A DNA stretch of 64,000 nt, taken from assembly GCA_963827165.1 (NCBI GenBank), contig CAWGZR010000010.1:192001-256000 (forward strand). The letters are read 5' to 3'. Position 1 is the stretch's first letter, and each line of letters begins with the position of its first letter. The position numbers and the translations under genes were made by a program. The stretch comes from Candidatus Bathyarchaeota archaeon (lineage in GTDB: Archaea > Thermoproteota > Bathyarchaeia > Bathyarchaeales > Bathycorpusculaceae). The notes under the pieces were generated by a model. That model was not told the DNA's origin, did not search any database, and saw nothing but the letters and a program-made list of their open reading frames with translations. Positions 10,721 to 19,814 of the stretch are shown in pieces.

Positions 10721-10987
10721 ATGATAGGTATGGACATAGACAAGAAAGAAACTAAACAAGTTTTGAAAGTAGAATTTTTAAAAGAGTTACTTAAAGAAAT
10801 GGCTAACTCTGAAGAATTTAAAGATGACAAAGATTTAATTGAAAACTATTTAATAGTAGAGAATAACGCAAAAATATCCTTTAGTTGGCGTTATTGGATT
10901 CAATCACATGGTGTTCCCGATAAAAGAGTTGAAGAAACCTTAACAAGAATAATTAATTGGTTGGCTTCTAAATTGAGTGACCAATAG
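10721..10987 (+). CDS. Hypothetical protein (element cargo)
   Basis: 88-aa ORF preceded by AAATTCATAAATC promoter-like box at 10658-10670. Confidence 0.6.
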   Translation: MIGMDIDKKETKQVLKVEFLKELLKEMANSEEFKDDKDLIENYLIVENNAKISFSWRYWIQSHGVPDKRVEETLTRIINWLASKLSDQ

Positions 10988-11078
10988 CTTAAAACACAAT
11001 CAGCCGAACAAAAACATTCTTAGTAAGAAAATTGTCTATTATTTACCCGTCAACATTTCAAATTCATAAATCGTAAAT

Positions 11079-12211
11079 ATGCTTAGAAATAGCCTTGAAA
11101 GTAAAGAAGCACCTAACCTCGGTCACAGTAACATGCCAATTGAACCTTTAAGATGTAAAGTATGCGGTGGATTATTAGATGACAGACTTAAGTGTCAACA
11201 CTGCGGAACGCTTCACGAGAGAGTAGAAAATAGGCTTGAAATCATTAGAGTTTGTCCTAAACATTTGATTGGATATTCCGTTTCTGAGTGCCCTAAATGC
11301 ATAGAAGAGCAACAAGCACTAATACTCTATAATCAAGAGCAAGCAAGATTATCTGCTGAAAAAGAAGGGGCACTTAGAAAAGAAAGAGAGGCATTTGAAA
11401 AAGAAAAGTTAAGAAGAATAGAACAAGCAAGACTCGAACATGAACAATGGAAGAAAAGCGCTTACCCCAAACTAAAGAAACTTAGTGTTGTAGCTCTCTT
11501 ATGCTTGATAATTGGGGTTGCTGGTATTTGCTTATCAACAGAGAATTACATATCTCATAATGTTAATGTTGTATCTCATACATCTACTTCGTATGAGCTA
11601 CCTGTTCCAAGTCCCACTCCAACATCAGTAGCACCAACTTCACCGATAACAGTAATTAGTAATAATGGCTTGTTATGATTTCAACCTTTGGGATGGTGAA
11701 CTTAGCGGTATTGATGTTTCTGCTCAACATTTACTGTTCTTCCGTTTCAGTCTATTTGAATAATGGAGAAGCATCTAATTTTCTGTGGACAGACGATTTT
11801 GGTGGTCTTGGTTTACCTAATGGTATTGATGTTATTAGTTTCTCTAAATTGGTTTCTGGTGACACTTATTTTATTTCCGCTACTTATGCTACTGAATATG
11901 ATGGACCAGAATCTTGGGTTACACTGAATGCTACAATAATGATTAATTATATTCCAACAGCCACCCAATTAAATGAATTAGTTAATGGAATGCCTACACC
12001 ACAACCAACTTCACAACCTACAGGGAAATATGTTACTCACACAACCATACTAAATGAAACATACTCTTTCAATCAAGGAATGAGCAAAATAAGCACAAGC
12101 ACAATAGGAATTACTGAAATTCTCTTAATAGTGATTGGAGCCCTTATTCTTGTTGCTATACCGATTGTAGTATATTCAAAAAGCTGTTATGAACTTGAGC
12201 AAGCACCCTGA
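11079..12211 (+). CDS. Zn-ribbon/coiled-coil membrane protein with Pro/Thr-rich external domain; probably one frameshifted gene
   Basis: CKVC..CQHC and CPKH..CPKC, coiled coil, TM, PSPTPT linker; ORF 11675-12211 overlaps it and carries PTPQPT plus a second TM. Confidence 0.6.
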
Positions 12212-12241
12212 CGTTCAATGACATAGATAAAAAAAATGATG

Positions 12242-12267
12242 TTACCGAGAACAAAAATACTCGGTAA
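12242..12267. terminator. Hairpin between convergent genes
   Basis: TTACCGAG-10 nt-CTCGGTAA perfect 8-bp stem with A-rich flanks. Confidence 0.45.
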
Positions 12268-12405
12268 AAGAAATTAATGATACTTGGGGTTTTTGTTCCC
12301 GTAAAGCTCTTGATAGAGTTCTACGGTTTTCTCTTACTTAACCCTATTTGCGTTAAGATTTCTTCTTTAGTGTCTTCTTTGTTGCTCATCAGAAGAACTT
12401 TCTTC

Positions 12406-13085
12406 TTAGTCTGAGTTGTCTGCTAATTCTTCTGGGGTTTGAAACTTTATCGTGTAAGGCTTATTTTCTACTTGTTCAGGTGCTTTGTCTTGGATAACAA
12501 CTGTCCACTTGTTGCTAATGGGGAGATTGGTTTTTGGTATCATACTTGGCTGTGTAATCTTAAGCGTCTTTGTTTTAGGGTCTATCTCTGCCATTCTGTC
12601 AGTACTGGTAAAAGCTTCCGATTGAGCCTTCTCGATAGTCAGCGTTTCCATTTCCAGTAGGAATAAGTAAACCGTATCCAGTAGTTGAAACGTAGATTGT
12701 GATAGGAACAAAAGTCATAGTGCCCATGTTTCTACCTTTTGCTAAGAATCTCTGTAAAATTGTATTGTACTCGGTTTGAAGGTCTTCTCTATACTGTACC
12801 TGATGAACGTGTTATTTGTGGGTCTAACTCGTATAGTCTGTCTAAGTCTTCTATTTGGTATTTGTCTAAGCCCTCTGTTAATTGTGCTCGCTCTGCTTCT
12901 TTTCGTCTCTGTTGTTGCTCTGCGTTTACCTTAGCTGATAATGCTAAGTTTCGGTCTCTTTGTTCTCGCTCTGCTATTCGTCTTTGTTTATCTGCTTCAA
13001 CTATTGCTTTTCTTTCTTCTATTTCCTGTTGCCTTTGCGCTTCTAATTCCTCTGGTGTTGGCTGTTTAGAATTAATCAAAATCAT
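12406..13085 (-). CDS. Coiled-coil hypothetical protein, probably one frameshifted gene
   Basis: ORFs 12789-13085 (E/Q/R-rich helix) and 12406-12711 are collinear with coding-like sequence between them. Confidence 0.5.
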
Positions 13086-13652
13086 TCACGCTACTAAGAT
13101 TGCTCACTTCGTTTATTCTCTAAGTCAACAGAGAAATTGGATAAAAACTTGCTGTTTAACTGTTGAATGCTAATCTCCTTAGCTCTCGGGAGACTTTGTT
13201 TGGTTTGGACATGCTTTTTAATAGAATAACCTCCCTATCCGTATCCTGTCTATACTGAAAACCTTTTAATTCTTTAGCCATTAGTGGCACTTCCCCGAGT
13301 TGCATTGAGCTTGAAAATATCGTTTCAGAAGTCTAATTCGCTCTTTAGCTTTAGGAGAAGGTAAACCGAATTGTAGTTAGGAGAGCTATATCTCCTTCTA
13401 ACTTTGCGATTTTAGCTAATCCTATTCTCTTCTAACTGGACACTTAGACTTATCACAGTCATTATGTCTGAAAGCGTGTTTTTTGATTGTTGACATTAGT
13501 TATACCATCCGTATTGCGAATTTATCTCTGCACTCAATTCTTTGAAAGAGAATCCAGTGTTCAATACGATGCACAAGAATAGACTATGCTGAAGACTTAG
13601 CGTCTGTTTTCTTGTCACAAGTTGGATACAGACATTTCTTACTAGATAACTG

Positions 13653-14306
13653 CTAAAGTGACCTAAGCTTCGACCATTTAGCAAAACTTCCCCTGAGCAT
13701 TTCTTTTTCTTGGGGTAGGATGGTCTCGGTGACATCTTTTACCACAAGAGACTTTATCAGGGTCATAAGTTCGAAAGGCTTCACCTGCACTTTGACACAA
13801 TTTCTTATGTAGAATGAGACTGGGCTAATATTGACTAAGTTAGACAATTTGACCGACCTCGTATCTCTCGGCGTTATGAAAAACTTTACATCTTAGCTTA
13901 TGAACTTCTATTTTCTCTTCTTTGTCCCGACATTTGTTTGGATTAGGATTATGTTTGCTGTATCTAAATTTAGCAAGTGGATTAGCCTTATGATACCGTT
14001 CTTTTTGAGAAATGGATTGTTCTTTTTTAAAATCTGGATGTGACTTCGAGGAGTTCTAAGATATTTTGCATGACCCTTCATTTTTTTAATTAACTTGTTT
14101 CTCAAGAATAAACTTTGTATATTCAGCTTCAATATCACTCTTAGTTATGTCTAGGGTGTGTTCTTGAAAAGTGTCTTAGTTGGTCAGTGTACCGTTTTCG
14201 CTCTCGTTTGCACTCTTTGCTACAACATACCACTTTTGCATCTTGGCTTCATATACTTGTTTCCAGTGAAGGGGTTCCCACAGACAACACAAATAAAATT
14301 ACTCAT
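13653..14306 (-). CDS. Two small Cys-rich Zn-finger proteins (frameshifted)
   Basis: Read across indels: MSNFICVVCGNPF...CCSKECKRERKR (ATG 14306, ATGA overlap with upstream stop) and RNCVKC(G)EAFRTYDPDKVSCGKRCHR (from 13847). Confidence 0.55.
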
Positions 14307-15309
14307 TCAGGGGTAAGCTCCTTTGGTAGTTCAATCGCTATAATAAAATAGGTTTTCTTGGTTGATAATATTTTAGACATGAAGTCTTTCGCTATGTTTT
14401 CCGCAGACGATGAGTAGTTGCTTTCCTCTTTCGTAGTATCTAATTGAAGTTGATATATCTGGTCTGGATACTTAGCTGCTAATGGATTAAATTTCTCGGC
14501 TACTTTAGAAACATCATCAACGTAGCTTTCTGCCTTAGTGTTAACAGTTTTTGGATGTTGTAGGGCTTCTATCTCTTGAGGTATCTCTTTCAATATCTTC
14601 TTAGATGCTGACTTATCCTTGTATTTCAGGGGGTCATATTTGGCTTTTATTTTCTCTTGAAGCTTTACTCGTCTATCTTTTGTTACGCTTTGATTCCAGT
14701 CTGCTCGTGTTGGGATTAACGCTATGCTTTCATCAACCACAGCAGCAGATTCTAAAAGGTCTAAAGTCTCATGCCATTTATTTTCTTCTATGCATTTCTT
14801 TTGTAATTCTGAGGCTAATTCGGGGTTGCAGGTACTCAGTACCGAGGAGGCTAAAATGAGGTTTAATTTCCTAATCTTTTTGACTGTTTCACTGCTTACT
14901 TTCCCAGTTATTTTACTTGCTACTTCTTTATCTGGAATGTCTTTTTCATAACAATCTTTCCATAAACAGCTAGTGCATGAGTAACTCTCTGGTACATGTT
15001 CGAGTGTTTTTGTTTATCGTCTATTTGAAAAGCGTATTCTTTAGCCTCTTGGATTGATACTAAAGTTTAAGACTTTAAAGGTTATTTTGTAGTCTTCTAA
15101 ACCAATACTCATGTAAAGCGTGGTAACGATGATGACCGTTAATAATGGTTTTATCGGACATAACTTCAATGTCTTCTCTTTGACCTTTACTTTTAAGGTC
15201 TGCTACGAAATCGGCGTATTCTTCTTTTGACATCTTAGGCGATAAAGCTTCAAGCTCTGGGTTAATCTTAAATGGTGCTTGCTATTAATTCTTCTGAGTA
15301 TTCTATCAT
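14303..15309 (-). CDS. ParB/Srx N-terminal domain protein (frameshifted; the ORF track shows only its C-terminal part)
   Basis: Manual translation FKINPELEALSPKMSKEEYADFVADLKSKGQREDIEVMSDKTIINGHHRYHAL with GxxR motif at 15126-15137, then helical EVASKITGKVSSETVKK running into ORF 14303-14740. Confidence 0.75.
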
Positions 15310-15753
15310 TCATTGTGTAGTCCATCCATTAACGGTTTTGGCTTTTTGTTTTCTATGTTGCACTCTTTTAAAATCAGAGACGTAACCGAACTTACCAAGC
15401 ACTCTCAATAAGTGCCATGCTTGTTTTCGCTCTTCTCTACCATTATTAAAAGCGTAGAGTAGACCGTCTTTTTTGTTAATATAAATCGTTGGTTTAGTCG
15501 GGTAATTGAATACTATAAATTCTTCTATATCGGAAAAGCTTGTAATGATAAAGTAAACCTTCGCTATTTCTTTCAGCGTTCTAATATCAATCGGCTTAAC
15601 TGTTCCTGTAACTTCATCGTAGAAATTTAGGTCAGTGAATTTTGCTTCTATCTTAATGAGCTTTTCAAAATTTAGACTGTCGTCTACTAAAACATCTCTT
15701 TTTAGAGAAGAATTATTAGTATTAGATAATAAAGCGGTAACCCTCTTACTCAA
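15310..15753 (-). CDS. Hypothetical protein (element)
   Basis: Intact 147-aa ORF whose TGA abuts the ATG of the ParB-like gene. Confidence 0.65.
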   Translation of the reverse strand: MSKRVTALLSNTNNSSLKRDVLVDDSLNFEKLIKIEAKFTDLNFYDEVTGTVKPIDIRTLKEIAKVYFIITSFSDIEEFIVFNYPTKPTIYINKKDGLLYAFNNGREERKQAWHLLRVLGKFGYVSDFKRVQHRKQKAKTVNGWTTQ

Positions 15754-15765
15754 TACTTACACCTT

Positions 15766-15905
15766 CTAACGTTCTGTTGCATTGAGAGCTTTCAATGCCC
15801 TTGAAATTATAGAATCGTAGGTTTCACAGTCTACTAATTTACTCTCATCCAGAGCTTTGTTTAGTATGACTGTGTGAACTACAACAAGATGTTTGCTTGT
15901 TCCAT
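15766..15905 (-). CDS. Small RHH-like DNA-binding protein (start uncertain, likely frameshifted)
   Basis: KHLVVVHT..LNKALDESKLVDCETYDSIISRALKAL; ETYD.II.R.L is typical of archaeal RHH/antitoxin-like proteins. Confidence 0.5.
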
Positions 15906-17198
15906 ACGTACTATCACTATAGCTATTAAGTTTTATCGTGAGTATTATCCTTCAATAGTATGGGTACCAAAGTCGTTTTATAGAAAGATTGAATCCAATG
16001 GAGATTCTTTTATCATTTCCGAATTTAAAGAAGATAACAGTCTCTGACGATGTAATGATCCCACGTCATAGAAGTAACAGTCTATATGTTTCCAAGGAGT
16101 CTTTGTTTTCCTTATAAGGATTTCGAGAACTATGTTGTCTTTGATGTATCTTATCCTAAAAGTCCTTGGTTCTCTTTGTTAATTTGCATGGTAGTTGTCT
16201 ATAGGTTTAAAATGCTTTCTTATAGAACGGTTACATTGTTTAGATATCAGCTTAATCGATCACGACTAACAATTTTTCAATTGATTTAATCATTTCCTTT
16301 AGTAGCTACATCTCTACTTAGTCTTGCCTTCCCTTTACATAATTTGAACAATATACCTTTTCCTGCTGAAGTGTGGTTTTAGCTTTCTTGCCCATAGGAC
16401 ACAATTATCTGTGTTTGTGTCTTCTTTTTTTTGCTGTTCTTTATCTATAACTTTAATTGAGGAATAGATAATTTCGTGTTTTATTAAGCCAACGGAGACT
16501 CTTTGATTAATTTTCTAAATCTTTTGAATCGATAGATTTAGCATGGAAAAGTTTCTTTATTAATGTTTCTTGTTTCTTCTTCTTTCTTACTTATTATATA
16601 GGATATGTTTAGGAGCGTGAAAAGTGGTTTTACATGTATTGACAAATGGTATTCGTTTCGTTTGGTATACAGGTACTGAAATACTCAATGCCTTTGTCTT
16701 CTTTCAATAGTCTACAGATTATTAGCTTTGAATTATTGGTTTCATTAAGAACGAAAATAATTACAAATATGCCTTTGTTGTCTCTATAGTGAATAATGTA
16801 TTTTCAAATATAAAATGAGGTCTAAAGTCTGTAAGTTCTTTCGATTTCTGTCTAAGTATATAATCTATTTCAGAGTCATCGTAACTATCAGGTCTATTCT
16901 ATGCATCTATAATGAGAATGACATCTTACTAATGAGTGAGTATCTCTGATATGACATCGTTTAACACATTCATATACAACATTGCTCGTAGGAGTGTTAG
17001 CCAATTAGAGACTGTAAATCTTGAAACTTCTTTTTCTGTACAAGTTAGAATACTCTCCATTTATGCAAATAAGTAATTGATAGCATAATCAGTTTGTGGC
17101 TCTATTAGAGGGGATCTATACTTGCTAACTGAATCCCTATCCGTTCTAAGTTCTATCAATATCGTGTTTCTTTGAGGTTATCCATCAAACATTATCTC

Positions 17199-17345
17199 CT
17201 ATTTGGTTGTCTTTAGCTTCTCTTTTTCAACCTCAGAGAAAACTCTAACAATAGCTTGCTCAAAGGTTTCTCGTCCTACCATATTTCTTTCTATCAAATC
17301 CTTTGTTGATTGGTGGATTCTGATAGTGCCATTTTTGTCTATCAC
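17199..17345 (-). CDS. Ribbon-helix-helix transcription regulator (48 aa)
   Basis: Manual translation MIDKNGTIRIHQSTKDLIERNMVGRETFEQAIVRVFSEVEKEKLKTTK; TIRI..STK..L...ETF..I.R pattern. Confidence 0.7.
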   Translation of the reverse strand: MIDKNGTIRIHQSTKDLIERNMVGRETFEQAIVRVFSEVEKEKLKTTK

Positions 17346-17363
17346 GTTTATCAATCCTTAATA

Positions 17364-17411
17364 TAGTAGTACAGTGTAGCACTTAATTAAGGTAGTGGTA
17401 CAGTGTGGCAC
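17364..17411 (-). promoter_or_regulatory. TATA box flanked by two 19-bp direct repeats (putative RHH operators)
   Basis: TAGTAGTACAGTGTAGCAC (17364-17382), TTAATTAAG, TAGTGGTACAGTGTGGCAC (17393-17411). Confidence 0.7.
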
Positions 17412-17633
17412 AATTCTACATGCATGTTATATTTGTAAAAACAGTTTAAAATCAAAATAAAGCCCATTTTGAGCTTGTAGGTACTCAGTACCTATCGCCT
17501 CATTTTGGGGTTCTTTTTACTTAGTGGCATAAACAGCCGAGAAGAGAAACTTAACACATTATCAATAAATTTTTATGTGTATTTCCAGCCAAACATTAAA
17601 CTCTCAGGGGCACGCACTCAGAAAGTCACAGCC

Positions 17634-18381
17634 ATAATAAAAGTAACTTAGAGACAGCGTAAGCGTAGTTATTTTTTTATTATTTTTAGTGTCAGCCATT
17701 TTCCTCAATGGCTGTCTCGTTGACCATTGATTACGGACATTATTCGTTTAGCTCTTTAGATTGGGTTCTGTTTACTGGTTGCATGTTGAAAACTTAGGTG
17801 TTTACAATCGAATAGAATTAAGGTGTTTAGTCCCTTCGCATGGAGATTATCGAGGGTAGTTCTAACGGGGTCATGGTAATGTCCATGCCAATCAGTAATT
17901 CCCATGCCAATCTCTAAGGACTAATGGCTTCTTTCAGCTAAAAGCCTTCATTTCGATAAGAACCATTTTGAGTCTCTACAGTAAAAACTAAGGCTTGAGT
18001 TTCTGCTCTGTTCGGTATTGGTACGTTATGCTCTAAGGCGTATCTGCTATGCTTTCGGTGCATGGGTGCGGTGACTACCGTCTAACCCCTTAATAGCGCA
18101 CCCTACCATCCCAGAAACTTAGCCACTTAACCAGCACTCAACATACAATCATTGGTCTGGATGTTGGCTTGATGATGAGATTAGGAGTTTTAGAACCGTG
18201 AAGGGGTAAGATGGTACAGGTGGTAAGGCGTTAGTTAACTTTAATTAAAGTTGTATTCGGGTTACTATTCTATTATAATCATTGCAAACGAGCGTAGCCT
18301 GCAAGGCGCAGCGAGAGCAGCTATGTAGTAGGTTTTACGTATCTCTTCACTCGACTTTGAGTAGCTACCTAATAATGATTA
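17634..18381 (+). ncRNA. Candidate large structured non-coding RNA (alternatively a structured replication origin)
   Basis: No ORF of 60 aa or more; many local and long-range complementary segments (see findings); G-U pairs favour the + strand. Confidence 0.5.
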
Positions 18382-18534
18382 GAGTTGCTTATGTAACGAG
18401 AGCGAAGGAAAAGAGCGAAAGTGATAGTACAAACAGAAAAAGCATGAGAAATTAACGATTGTTGGTAACGGTTTAGTTACCATCTCAAGTATTTTCTGCT
18501 TTAAGAATTTCTGCTTCTTGCTCATGCTCTTACT

Positions 18535-19697
18535 TCATGAATCATGTACCAATTCTTCTATACTGTAGTCTTTAGGCAGTAGTTTACGGTTTTTGAGTGA
18601 GTCCATTAAGATGTCAAACGCATAAGAAATATGGCTGATTTTCTTTTGTTGGTCCAGTTTTGTAGCCTTCAAGTTCACTTTTAATTGCTTCTGGTGTTTG
18701 GGGCAACAAGTAAGGCAATGCAATTTCATATTTAATGAAGTAAGTTCTTTAAAGTCATGGCTCGGAATAATGTGCATCTACACCCTTAACTTTGTGTGCC
18801 ATTAATGAGGACTAATTATGTTTGCGTTGAACACCAGCGTTTTCTAAAGCACTTTGGAAGAATTCCCTTAAGTCATGTGGCGAAAATCGTTTAGTTTCCA
18901 AATCTCCCCATGCGGCAAGGCTCAAATCGTCAAAGATTCCATTCATGCCTTTGATGGTTAGCTCTTGAATTTTGCCTTTCTTCCAGTATGCGATGAATAT
19001 CGGAGAATCGGGTTTCAAATCATAACCTTTCTTTTGTGCTTCCTGTTTGTATGTCATTAACTTCTCGTAAGCGAACTTATGCAAAAACGTAATTTGTTTC
19101 AAGCCTTTGTATTTACCGACTCCAGAGCCTTTTAGTCGTGCACTTTCAACTTCAATAACAAAAGGCACGTTTGGGTTTTCTGTAGGTTTCAAATCTTGCC
19201 ATTTCAATAAAACAAGTGTACCGACCCTAACTGATGTTGAGCCAAAGAACCAAATTAATGCTTTATCCCTTGCTGAATGCGAAACGCTTTCTAAAACTGT
19301 TAAATCTTCAGTTGTTGGCTTGCGCTTTTTAGATTCTAGGGGTTTCATTCTTAACGTTGCTTGCTGTTTGTGCTTCTAATGCTCTCCTGTTATGTTTGTA
19401 GAAACTGAAAACAGCGTTTCTAAGCATAAGTCGGGCTGTTGGTTTCATGTGGGTTTCAGCGAAATAATTTTCTAAAAGGTTCTCTGCTTGCCACTCTTTT
19501 TCTGTTCCTACGTTCTGCAAACCCTCAACTTTTAGTGCAATTAATTGGTCTGGGGTTTTCTGTACAGCATCACAATAAACTTTAAAATATTCTGTGAATT
19601 TCTCTTTTGTCAGTTTACAACTTAGTTTATTTTGCCATGTTTTACCGCTTGCGAAGGTATTAATCCAAGCATCTCTATCTTCATTCATCTTACTCAT
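18535..19697 (-). CDS. Tyrosine recombinase/integrase (frameshifted into 3-4 pieces)
   Basis: RDKALIWFFGSTSVRVGTL (R), PHDLR (HxxR) and, in a shifted frame, LMAHKVKGVDAHYS (H; catalytic Tyr codon 18767-18769). Confidence 0.92.
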
Positions 19698-19740
19698 TAG
19701 AAACCCCCCTTGAAATCTTAACTTTTATGGATTCAAAATA

Positions 19741-19773
19741 ATTACTTCTGCTCCCTGAATGAGTAATTCTTAA
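19741..19773. repeat. attR: inverted arm plus core
   Basis: ATTACTTCTGCTCCCTGAATGAG-TAATTCTTAA; the arm is an imperfect reverse complement of the attL arm. Confidence 0.7.
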
Positions 19774-19814
19774 TTACCTCGTCTTCTATGGGTTCTGGCT
19801 TGAGGTTACATGAA

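Larger units (their letters stand above)
9439..19773. mobile_element. Integrated tyrosine-recombinase element of about 10.3 kb (integrated plasmid or provirus-like)
   Basis: Direct repeat TAATTCTTAA at 9439-9448 and 19764-19773; inverted arm GGGAGCAGAA (9461-9470) / TTCTGCTCCC (19746-19755); integrase next to the right end; visibly AT-richer than flanks; short orphan ORFs. Confidence 0.85.

Noticed and set aside
16860-16920. Reverse transcriptase (retron/DGR) partner for the candidate RNA
   Set aside because: The fragment reads SYDDS, not YxDD, and no other RT motifs are visible
17690-18240. Group I or group II intron, RNase P RNA or hammerhead ribozyme
   Set aside because: TAGTCC and GGACTA are in the wrong order for group I P7; GTGCG at 18066 has no domain V; no GAGGAAAGUCC and no CUGANGA/GAAA core found
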